A stretch of 64,000 bases of DNA from Azolla caroliniana (taxonomy: Eukaryota; Plantae; Polypodiophyta), in assembly GCA_043228905.1 (NCBI GenBank), contig JBHGNT010000016.1, positions 2,356,001 through 2,420,000 on the forward strand, written 5' to 3'. The notes below the pieces were generated by a model that was not told the origin of the DNA, did not search any database, and saw only the letters and a program-made list of their open reading frames with translations. Positions 10,301-22,700 of the stretch are shown piece by piece. Every line of letters starts with the position of its first letter. Position 1 is the first letter of the stretch. The position numbers and the translations under genes were made by a program.

Positions 10301-11755
10301 ATTGCGTCTTTATCCGGTTCTGCTTCAACCTCTTCCGGCTGCGGTAAGTGTTGGTACCCGTACCTTGGCTTTTCCTCGCCGGAAGGTAATTATATTTTTC
10401 CTCCAATTCTGTTTGATATCTGCCATTTTCAACCACGGCCGCCCCAGCAATAGCGGGTATGCGCCTTGTGCCTGTAATTGTAGCACTACTGCCGAGATGT
10501 GAAATGTGTGACCGCCAACGGTGACTTCTAATTTTTGTATTAATCTTGTCAACCGTACTGAGCTTGTATCGGCCATCCGTAACCAGAACGGACACGGCTC
10601 CCACTCGTTGATTCCCAGGGCATCACACGTCCGGAGGCTTATTACATTCACCCCGGAGCCTCCGTTTATAACTGTGCCGGGGAGTTCTTTCCCTTTTACA
10701 ATGGCAGTGATTACCGGACTGTTGGTGTCCACCACCGTTGGTCCCTCCTCCGGATTCGAGAAGAGTACCAGTGCCGGTGATGATTCTCTTGCCGTCATGG
10801 CCGTCTTCAGTCCTTTCGTGAATCTTGGCACGAGCTGTAGGAGTCTTCCTAGTGGCAGCGTAATCTGGCATTCTTGCAATGCCAGCCATGTCTCGTTCTC
10901 GGAGTGACTGCCGCCGGCAAGCCCTACGGTATTCTCCTTTTGCCGTTGTAAGTCTGTGACATTTTGCTCGTTTGCTTTTTTCACCCATTCCGTCGCTTGC
11001 TTCCGGATGGTCTCCTGCGTCTCCCATTCCTTGGCCATGCCCTTCGACCTTGTGGTCACCTGCTGCAGATCTGCCACTTCAGGGACTACCATATTTACTG
11101 CCGGTCGTTTGTCATAGCTCTTCGCCGGGCATTGATTACTATAATGGCCTTCCTGTCGGCAGTAGTAGCAGTAGGCTTTCCAAGTATTGCTGGATTCGGC
11201 ATTGTCTGTTGTACCCGAGGCTGGTCCTGTGGTAAGCGCGGGGTTTTGGGCCGGTTGGCTGCTTGAAGCTCCTTGTTCCGGATCTCGTGGGTAGCCACCT
11301 TTTTTGAAATGCCATTTTTTTTTATAGTTCTTCTTTTTGCGGTACTCTTGACGAGGTTGGTCCTTATATCTGCCGTATTCCTCCTGTTGCTGACGATACC
11401 CGGGGGAGTGCTCCCGGTCGTAATGTTTGTATCGTCTATTGTAATCCCGGTACCGATCATATCTATCATACCGGTCGTAGTTATCCCGCCGATCACCGTA
11501 CCGGACATCATTCTCCTGTCGATCGCCATACCGGACATCCTGTGCCAGTCGGTCGCGGTCCATTCACCGCCAACGTTCCTCTTCTTCATCCCGACTGTTG
11601 CGTGGCTCTATTTGTCGGACGGGCGGTGCTTGCCGGTTCAATAGATTATACTCGCACCTATTTGTCGTATGGCCCTTGGATTGACAGATTACACATTGCG
11701 TCCTCATAGTGCATTCTAGTGCCGAGTGTCCGGAATTCAAGCAGGTTGTGTGCAA
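7349..11755 (-). mobile_element. Ty3/gypsy element C (Athila/Tat-superclade-like non-chromovirus), decayed, 5'-truncated, integrase interrupted by B
   Basis: Gag knuckles (CVICQSKGHTTNRC, CYYCRQEGHYSNQC), PR VINGGSGVN...LLLGRPWL, RT FA*SYEDM...DYRKLN...LDGFSGYNQI...VFLDDF, RH VDASN...VDH, IN KWGLDFVGP...SDQG...YYPQANG. Several premature stops; no 5' LTR found. Confidence 0.92.
8248..8891 (+). mobile_element. Solo LTR D (644 bp) inserted in the RNase H of element C
   Basis: TGTCGTGA...TCGCGACA termini; 4-bp TSD ATGC/ACGC; removing it restores LVFKA-SLIGKLARW; TATA (CCTATAAAA) near 8622; two internal ~58-bp repeats at 8500-8610. Confidence 0.88.
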
Positions 11756-12050
11756 AGGATAAACATAAGGCTATGCAACTTTGGGCATGCTAGAATAATG
11801 CCACTACACACTTCTGAGAGCACACAATGGTTATCTGACCCTTTTGTATGGTGAAATAACATGGGCACAAGGCCTTTCCATTTATATGTGGACATAACTA
11901 AAGAATTTTTTGCCCAAGATGATGCAATAAGTGATACATTGCGAAGCCTCCACACCACACAAGATGATATGAGCATTCATTAGCTAGAGATTGAAGTCAA
12001 GCATTTTGCATACTTGACATCCCACTCTACCCAAAATTCACATTCAACAA
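11756..12050 (-). pseudogene. Highly decayed gypsy RNase H remnant (tentative)
   Basis: Scattered motifs across frames: ILGKKFFSYVH resembles YLLGRKF..VDH; FHHTKGSDN resembles H.KG..N..AD. Confidence 0.3.
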
Positions 12051-12984
12051 ATGTTGAAGAGGTTGGTCCACAACACTTTGACAAAGCTTCATTGAGCTTC
12101 TAGAACTAGCAAAATTAACTCTTATATTAGCACTTAGGATGCACCAATGATCACATATTGCTATATTCTTTCGTGGGAATGCCAATGGCGATGAAAACAA
12201 CGCCAAAGTTTCCTCTTCAATCTTAACTAAACTTGAAACCCACTGACCCAAAAATATGCTCAACCATGAATATAAGCTATCACTATGCTCTTTGACACAA
12301 TCTAGGCTACACAAATAAATGCATCAACAATTGGCAAGCTCCCTCAAAGATCAAGGCTACACAAATACACCAAGAATGGGCAAGCTCTCTCAAGTGAGAT
12401 GATTTTTAGTTATACATTCTGGTTGACAATTTTTTTAGAAAAATCGCTTGTTCGAACTTTTAACTTTATCACATATTTATTTAGAGTATCTTTGAATTGA
12501 CTTCAGATATACGTCTTCCTGTTACACACCCTACTATCCTGATTGGCTTATTAAACTAAAAAGCTACGATTACACTTCATATTGTATTAAGCTACTATCA
12601 CACGAATAAGTATGAGATTTCTGAAGATGCATAGCAACTTCAATTTCTCTTTTCATTGGCGTTATATCCTTTCATTTGCATGTCAACTATAGACTGAATC
12701 AACTTCTACGCTTGAAGAATATGCCCCATCAGGAAATTTTCTCACGAGGAATAATGTTGAGCCTGTTTGGACATACCTTTGACGGATGAATTTAGGAATG
12801 CTGCAAAAAAAACGACACCAATCATATTGATGACTCAAGGTACATATTCCTAGAGTCAGAATCAATCAAAATTAATGACCCAACCTCAATTAAGTGTCTT
12901 TCCATATTTTGAACTCCCAAGCAATTGAAATTTGAATGGGACAATGAACCACATGTAATGACCAAAAGAACCGAAAAATCAACA

Positions 12985-15900
12985 TCAACGTCGTCTCCCT
13001 GCACATATGTTGCCAAGTAAAAAACCAGATCACACAAGTAAATAATAAACCTTGAAACATACCCTTGGTTGCTGCTCCCTTTGGTAACATTTTATGCTTA
13101 TCTGTATTAGACGAAGATTGTCCAGATCCTTTGATATATCCACAAGTGTTCAAAAGAGATCGTGCAGCATTATTGATATGTTTAAATCTATCAGGTCCCA
13201 GAAGGATGCCTCCAAACCATCGTGAGACAACTACTACCTGCCCCATTTGAAAAATGGATAATCACATTGTCAATAATTTCAGAAATTAAAAGTACTGAGA
13301 AGACAGAAGTATGTGATTAATTGTAATAGATAATCATGTGCAGTAAAAGAACTGAGAAGATAGTGGTATGTGATTAATTGGAATGCATGAAAATGGTATG
13401 TGTAATCAAGTTCAAACATCAAACGCAAGAGAAATACCATTTTTCCAGTTGAGTTTCACAAGTTGATATCAAATATTTGAGTTCATGATGACACAATATA
13501 AACTTCAAAACGTTACCTGAATGTACTAAATAATTAAAAGATATGGAATCACATGGAGCTAAAAAACTATTGGTCTTAAGTACAAAATCAGAAGTTGAGT
13601 TAAGAATGTATATCACTTGTTACCAACAACTTCATGCAAGTCTGGATCATAATATATTTGTCTTATACGATTACTGAGATTACAATAATGTCAGATGGTG
13701 TTAACAAATGAAAGATTTCAATACCAAATTGATTGCATCGACTATCTGCAAGAGATGCAGAAGGCGCCCTCCTGCAGCAGTTTCTCCATCATCATTATAA
13801 TCTTGCAGAACCTGCTTGCTAGTATAGTAGCACATTACAAAATATACACAGGAATAAGCCATAAGGTAATAATATTTCAGCCAACTTTTTCAACAAATTA
13901 GCAATGAATGTGCAAATTAACTGTGCCCTTCTCCGGAATGCTGATTCGGTAAGCCATGATATTATGGGTTGCACCAGCAATCTTTCGGTTGCGTAATAGC
14001 GCTTCTACTACATTTTCAACATCAGCAACACTAGCTACACTAGCTACATGAGCTTGGAAAGTACCTAACATTATCAATAAATAAATATTTCAAACACCAT
14101 TCCCAATAAATATGTTTTAAATTTTGTCATGTGTAGATTATACTGTTATGCTATCTTACTTTTTTTCTCTGTGAAAGGTGCTCCATGTATAATTCCCAAA
14201 ATCCTGTCAAGTTCTTCCAAACCAGCTGTATCAAGCTCATCTACAACTTTATCCTCAGTATTTCTGGCAGCTGCATTCTTCCCCTTGGAGCCCACACTAG
14301 ATCTGGTGAAAGTTTTCTAGACAATGTCAGAGCTGGTACTAATATTCAGAAATCATTGCAAGCATTATTCCTCTCAACAATTTGCAGGACATCTAAGGAT
14401 AGACAAGGGTTATTGACTCTGGAATTGTTTTACCATGCTAGCTTGCACTGTTCCTGCTTTCCATACATAACGATGGTGTAAGGAATATTAAATACTACAG
14501 CCACTATCTCCAAGGTACAATGTTTTGAAATTAGGAGGGTGGAAAGGAGATTTTAATGTAAAGAATGCATATGTGCTTCATATTGAATCATACATGTACA
14601 ATTCTTCAATCTCCTTTCTCTACCCTTCATGCATATAGTTTGTTTAAGTATTGGAAAAAGGTTGGAAATGGTGACGTACGACGCTGATGATGCCTTATCC
14701 ACAAGAAATGAATTCCCCTCAAATCCATCTATTGAGAAAAGAAAGCACAGAAAGACATTAAGAATAATATGAATAACTCATCTATACCAAACATCAAAAG
14801 ATTTCTTCAGATAAATATGTATACCTATATTAGGATCTATTCCATTCACCAACTTTGTAGTATCATAACCTTTCTTATGAATTTCTTGATCCCTTGCTTC
14901 TTCCCACAGCCAGTGTTGCTCCTTCAAAAGTCAACAACTTAATGTAGCCTTTAGCAAGGTACAATTCCAACTGATGTGATTAGTAATACAATATTAATGC
15001 ATTAGCCAGTGTTTATTGACATGGCGTAATATCATTCAAATAAATATTAGAAAGAGATGGCGTATCCGAAACCCTTGTACATAATGATGGATGTATAATG
15101 AAGAGGAGAAGATGAAATACTTTGAATGGTCTATGAGTTTACAAGAGAAAAATACAAGTGCATACATCTGTGTACAACAAAGCATAAATCAGGCATAAAT
15201 AGTACAAGAAAAATGCAACCATGATTATAAATCAAATCAGATTATTATGAAATTGATTATCAATCATTTTTTGGGATTAGAGAGTAGATCGAGGAGAAAG
15301 CTGCAAACTTGCTTTACAATTTTCTGGCTTTTCCAAATCAGAAATCTACTAAATTACAAGATCAAGAGATGGAGAATACTGGACAAGAACAAATCTGCCA
15401 GATACTAAAGAATTAACAGTGACAATATTTTGTCGCATCTACGTTGATTGAATCCAAATGGGGCATTCATATAAAAGAACCAGATTTTGCGATGGTTGTC
15501 TGGCTATAGAAGGTGAGTTTTGATAATTGCATATGTGTATGTATATATATATAGATATATATATTATTAGGTAGGATGGAAAACTGGGGAAATAGTTTGC
15601 AGATGAGCTGATCTTATTTATGATTTATATATTGTGACATCATTTAGATGTCCTACATGCACTTTATAAACACATGGTGGAAACAGTTAGTGTAGGCAAT
15701 TGTGAGATGGTTGTGTTGTCACAGAATGTGATTTTTGATAATTACATTTAATATATTAGCCAGCACATGTGAGAAACTGTCTGTGTATGGAATGACTAGT
15801 TCTATTGTTAATGCAAATTAAAGGCACTGCAAAGGGAACCAATTTTGCAATCATTTATGAATGTCTTTTTCTTACACAGATAGAAGATGACAACCCCTGT

Positions 15901-18900
15901 TTTGGATATCCAGCATTGCTCTACTACAACCGCTACATTGATAAGCATTTGGAATATGGAATGGGTCCCCCAACACCCTCAAACCCATCTTACAAACTAT
16001 GGGGCACCATTCCAACACATTCAAATCGAGTCAACTATCTCCCAAAAAGAGGTAACTATCCTAGATATAATTCTCTTTGAAGGGCTGCTCTTCACAAGCT
16101 ATCGTACCTTGGACTCTAGCAGCCACCAAAAACAGCTGAATGGCTACATGTACCTCCCATGGAAATCTTCTCATCCTAGAGCTCACAGAAGATTTCATCA
16201 TAGGAGAACTCAAATGCTATGTCATCAAAGAAAGTATGGAAAAGGGATTCATCAAACTCAGAGAAAAGTTCAACAACCGTCTTCAAGCAAGAGGATATCC
16301 CATTGACTTTATCATAAGATGCTTTCACAAAGGGGCTAGTCCAATTGTATTTAGAATTATGTATTCACCCTGTATCAAAAAGCTTAAATCTCACAAAGGG
16401 GCTAGTTCATATAGGGCATTTTGGTAGGTACAAGCTTAAATCTCTACTCCAAACAGTCCCCTACTCTCTCATAGCACCACTTAATATGTTGGACCCACCA
16501 ACTCAAGGAAGCTTAGGGTTGGAGCGTTTCAGTAGATATAAGCTTAAATCTCTACTCCAACCACCCCCTACACTTCCCTCACACCACCACTTATATGTTG
16601 AACCTCCCAACTCGAGGAAGCAAAGGCACGATCCAAGGAAGCTAAGAGCAGAGCCGACTGAGGAAGCTAAGGACCAACTCAAGGAAGGTTGGAAGCTTAG
16701 GCTTGAGTTGACGAAACTTGGCTTCAAGTTGAGGAAATCCTCCTTTCACTGATACCGCAAATCAATCTTGCTCTCTCCTCACTACAGAGGACTCAAGTAG
16801 TTAACCTAGGATAAGGGCTAAATACACTTGCTTAACACAACAAACTTGGATTACAACAACATCCACTAATTCGCTCACGATGAAAAATATATCCCTCTTT
16901 CCAAAATAAGGTATACAAGGAATGGTTTCAAATGGATACAAAAGAGATGTGAAGGAATCTTGAGTTTCGGTAGCCTGAGCTCACAAGCAATGCTCGTCGC
17001 GCTGTCGCGAAGTTTCGTGCGCGCGTGTTACTTGGGCGGGACAACGGGGGTCTTGGACTAGGGAGTACTGAAGGGATAGAGAAGACCCGAGGTTTGCTTT
17101 ATGACAATACTACTTCCCGACCCCTTCCCGAGCAAGGGCTCGTTGCCCTTTGTTTTGTGAGGCCGGTGGCTCTCGTTGATCACGACTCGTCGACCTTTCG
17201 AGATCACCGCACGAGCCAAGTGATCAAACGGGTACAAGCAAGATGAGCACGCAAGATGAACGCACAAGGGGAAAATAACACAAACATGAATGCACGTACG
17301 TCTTTATGAGGAGGAGAGGTGCATGGGCATGCTCGAATGCTCCCTTGTCACAAGACGTCGAACGTACGAGGAAGACACAAAACACACGCACAAATGCTCA
17401 TACGCCTTTATGAGGAGGAGAGGTGCATGGGCAAGCCCGAACGCTCCCTCGTCACAAGATGACCGAACATACAAGGAAGTCACAAACACACGCACAAATG
17501 CTCGTAAGTCTTTATGAGGAGAGGTGCATGGGCAAGCCCGAAACGGTCCCTCGTCACAAGACGGCCGAACATACAAGGAAGACACAAATACACGCACAAA
17601 TGCTCGTACGCCTTTATGAGGAGGAGAGGTGCATGGGCAAGCCCGAAACGGTCCCTCGTCACAAGACGGCCGAACGTACAAGGAAGACACAAACACATGC
17701 ACAAATGCTCGTACGTCTTTATGAGGAGAGGTGCATGGACACGCCCGAAACGCTCCCTCGTCACAAGACGGCCAAACGTACAAGGAAGACACGAACAAAG
17801 AAAGAAGGAAAGAAAGAAACACGAATGATATCGACCAAAGAAATAAATACATGTTCGATTCCAACGCAAAAGGACCCTTTACAAAATAGGGTTTGATTAC
17901 AATGGCAACTTTTAGTTAACCACAAGCTCAATCAAAACATAAATACTAAATGCCCTTAGAGACAAGAGCAAATCCGAACACGGCAAAGATGAACACACGA
18001 GCACCACCAAAATGCCAATCCCAACGAACCACGACCACCCGAACGGTGAGCACACGGGCTCGCAACGACGAACAGGGTGGAGCAATGTCGAACCAACGAA
18101 GCTTGGGCTCACAAGCACTTCGAGTGCTGACGCAAAGAAAACGAGCACGCGACGGTGGGGGGGATGAAAGGATATGAGATAAAGAGAAGTGGTGAATAAG
18201 AAGATGAAGAGCTCCGAAGGAAAATTGGCGATAGTCTCCTCCTCCCAAAACGTCCTCCAGAATGAGCCCCCCTCGACCTCCTTTTATAGGAAAAAAAGAA
18301 GGGGGGTCGCCAATTTCGTCTTCAATGAAAAAGGAATGAAATTCCTTAAATCACGCTGCACTATAAGACTAGATTTGAACCATGCACCTCTAGCTAGAAG
18401 TCAATGTGACTATCCACTAGCCCATTAACTCTCTCTTATATGATATATAATTCTATCTCTATAAATTTTTAGCCTATCTCCCCTCTACCTTTTATCTCTC
18501 CTCTCTCTTACTTTTTGCACGAGCTTCTACACTTCCTTCCCACCCTTTCTTTTCCCTTTTATTTTGCATATGCACAACTAATCGCCTTTGTGTGCACACA
18601 CATTGCACCTACACATTCTGATTGAATAGTTCCCAAGTTGCATCATCCATACCAACAGATCTATTTTCTTCCAATGCTTCTACACATCCTTGTAAGTAAA
18701 GTCTGCTTTCCATTCTAACCTTCCAAAGGTCGAAATCCAATGCCATCAAATTTCCTGAATGCTACCCCAACATAGGCTGTTGTATTTGCCATTGTAAAAG
18801 AAGGAATATGGAACAAAAACAAAAACGAAACTCCCACTTATTGAAGGTCGAAGACTAAGCAATGGAGCTCCTAAGAGGATGCACCACTCACTCTGATACC

Positions 18901-19588
18901 AGTTATAAGGAAGTGAAGATAGAATGACAGTGTTCTAAAATATCTAAAGGCAGAACTATAGCAAACTAAAAATAATTATGTCATTTAACACACAGGAGAG
19001 ATTAAACAAAGTAGAAGCAATTCTGTAAAATAAAATCCCACTATGTTAAAAAAATATACAAGGTAGGAGTGCATACAACATATATATATGTTAATCATAG
19101 AATAAACCATACGTACCATACATGCATTCGCATTCGAGAATGATTCAATCAAACGTGTATGGTAAATCATCTCAAAGTTGGAAAAAACAATAAAGATTGG
19201 AATTTCAAAAAATGACTATGGTCTATATTATATATTGATTGAATCAAATGTCAATACAATTGAAAGTTCAAAACTTAGGAATTACTTAACTACTAAACAT
19301 TAGAAAGCAAGAACATAAAAATCAAATAGTTCAAAGACATGATTGTATTGATGATGAGCCCATCTTGCAATTATCAATGTTCTCATCTCGCAACTAGTGA
19401 AGGTATCAGTTTTTTCACTTTAGAACTTTACGAAAAAATGAGGATGAACTATAGAGATTGAATCAAACTATGTCATTATAAATTATAATCAAACATTCAA
19501 AAACTCATAAAATGTATATAATTAGAGAATATGAAGAAAACATGACACTAACATAAAATTTTACCATGACATGACACTAACGAAAGAG

Positions 19589-19628
<40 letters not shown>

Positions 19629-19676
19629 TATATTATCCTCTTCGGAGGTCAAATATGACCTATGAGACAATTGGGA

Positions 19677-19712
<36 letters not shown>

Positions 19713-22700
19713 GAGAAAATTGGGATTCAAACCCAAGACATAGGCAATAGTAGCATAATAACTTACCACAAGGGTGAGCTAATTTCTAATAACCAAATAG
19801 AAAAAGGACAAAAAAAGGAACACGCATTTTCCCTTCCAAACGTTTGTATGCTTGCACGAACACATTTATTACGTTATCTGGTGCTAATCAAGATGCATAG
19901 AATATGCTCTTAGAAGAAAAGTTTTAAATGCAAATGGAACAACTAAGTCAACCACGTAAATACCTATTTAATGTTGAGTGGGAATCTTGTCCAAGGATCC
20001 CATTCATGTACAAAATCTTCATTTAGGAGTTGTAGTACACTTCTGAAAATGAGACTATTCAACTCTTAACAAAAGTAAGAGAATATTATTCTATATACAA
20101 ACGTTTTTCTAGTTTAATAGGAGCAACCTAAGGGCCTTTCATCCCAACAAGCAATATATGTAGGAGACATGATATAGACATGATTTATCATACAAATGCT
20201 TCTTTTGCACCTATGCTTGCTCCATCATGCAACGTAATTCAAGTATGTGACTAATGATAGGGAAGCCTCTCCTGAATCCTACTTGGCCTAGGCATAGTGA
20301 ATTTTATTTCAAGCAACACTCCATAAAGCTCGCATAATGCTCCCACCACCTCATAAATATGTAAGGCCATTAGAATCTGACCAATAAGTCATCACGGAAA
20401 TGACTAGGTGGTGTCAAGGCCCTATCACTAATAGATGTTTTTGATTTCCTATGTTGTTTGGTCCTAAGCCAGCTATTGCGTGCATCGTCTTTGGGTCTTC
20501 CAAGTCATAGATATCGGATGTCCATTTACCCTCTTATTGTTGAAGTCTCCCACAAGGAATACTTCACAATATCACATAATCATAATTCTATAAAAATAAT
20601 TTGTCTCTCTCTGTTCCCTGATTGTTGTCGTTTACATCAACATATTTTGATGCCTTAAGAGGGAAGTAACATAGCACAATGAATAAAACTCATGTCTTTT
20701 AGATCTTGAATCAGACCCATATCTAGCTAACCTTTGCATCACATTCCAATATCTATATGCATGGCTGTAAGGCTTGTCAGAAGAGGACTTTGCCCAGGCA
20801 GCCTTCGTGATGTACTTACTGTCATTGAAAGTACTCCACTCGAAGTAGACATTCTCTAGGATTTGGAGCGTCTAAGTAATGTGGAGCATGTCGCGTCCTG
20901 ACATGACCTCTTCCATTTTTTCCCGGGTGTGTCAAAAAGTGTTCCACTGCAGTTCCAAACTGCAACATGTGGCTCTGATTTTGTTGTCTAATAGGCTGTG
21001 AATCTATATTCAATGGCCTGTCATTAAAGTCCACGCAACCATCTTCTTAAACAGACTTCCTTGCATACATTCTTTTAAGAGGCCCCAATGGCCTATAAGA
21101 TCAAACAAGAAGTCAGATGTTAAAATGCTGTCTCATCTTTGAGAACAATAAACCAGAATAAATGTATCTAAATAAAAATATAAGAGACCAAAGAATCCCA
21201 TAGTCTATACATGTAAGATTCTCAAGTTAGATGGATTCTAATTTTTTTCTTCGAAAGATCTCTAGCATAGGTCGATCCAAAATGAACAAATCTTCGAAGC
21301 GAGGGAAGCACCTGCGTAGCGGGAGATGATGAACTTTATCTGTCAATGACAAGGGTGACGAGATCATGGTCCATGAGGCTGGGGCCTATGTGCACAACAA
21401 ATTAACATCATGTAGAGAGAGAATAGAATAGAATAGAAATTTTTATCGTCTATAACAAATATATATGGAAGTGACTGAAGAATCTCATAGTCTATACATG
21501 TAAGATTCTCAAGTCAGATGGATTCTAATTTTTGTCTTCAAAAGATCTCTAGGTCGATCCAAAATGGAGAGACCTCTTACGAGAAGGAAGCACCTCGCAG
21601 GAGATAATGCACTTTATCTGTCAATGACAATGATGACGAGATCATGGTTCATGTATGCATGTATGATACCATATTCATCATGAAAAGATCATAGAGAGAG
21701 AGGGAGAGGGAGAGAGAAAGAAAGATATATTAACATCTAGTAGAGGCAGAAATCAGCCCCTATGTGAGAAATCATAATTAGATATTGTGAGTTCAAGTTA
21801 TCCATATTAAACAAAAAAAGTTTCTACGTTTCCTAAAAATCCATAATAATGAGCTTAATGCATGAGTTGGTTTCACAAATGGTAATGATTCTTGAGAGGG
21901 TTTTACAAGCATGAAATGCGTAATTGATATTATGGGATGGGTAATGGTGAGAGAGAGGTTGCACCTTGAGCCATTCAACCCATGCAAAAATGATGACATT
22001 TCCGATGTTTTCCTTGTAGATACGGTGCAGTTCATCAGCAATTTTATCTCGAAGATGTGGGTTGAGCCAGGAGGCTCCTATCTCCAACACAGGCTCAGAA
22101 GCTTCTGGATACGATTCCGGAAAGTAAATATGTAGTCTTAAAGGGGCCAGATATCCTTCACCTTCCATGGGGTGAACAAGAAGCTACACCATCATATACA
22201 CATGTTAAAAATGTAAAATATAGGGTTATTACCATCACCATAATATGTAAGGTTAAAACATCAAAATACAAGATACACGGATCATTTGCTCCAGAAGCTT
22301 TCTTGTTTGTTACATGATCGCATATCTTTGAGTGATCACTCCAGATGGATCAGACTATTTGATGATTATCCATCTATTTGTACGAAACTACTTGATGTCT
22401 AGGGTATTACATCCCACTGAGTTGAGGTTTAGCCAAACTTTGACTCTTCTTCCTCTTGGATCAGACTATTTGATAATTATCCATCTATTTGTACGAAACA
22501 ACTTGATGTCTAGGGTATTACATCCCGCTGAGTTGAGTTTTAGCCAAACTTTTACTCTTCTTCTTCTTGGAATGGTTTCAGACTATGATTACAGAGATTT
22601 GGTGGAATTTCTGTGGACACCGAGTAATTGGATCACTCCCCATGGCCTCTCACCTTTGGAAGTAACCTTCCCACTCAATGCCCAGGCATCCATCCAATGC

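Noticed and set aside
16596-17002. Additional LTR hosting element E
   Set aside because: It starts with TGTTG and looks LTR-like, but no second terminus or TSD was found.
17291-17795. CRISPR-like or hammerhead/retrozyme array
   Set aside because: Units are contiguous with no unique spacers and no cas genes; neither strand has an intact CUGANGA...GAAA core.
21191-21653. Intronic C/D box snoRNA pair
   Set aside because: An ATGATGA occurs in only one copy, antisense to the host gene, with no properly placed CTGA box or terminal stem.
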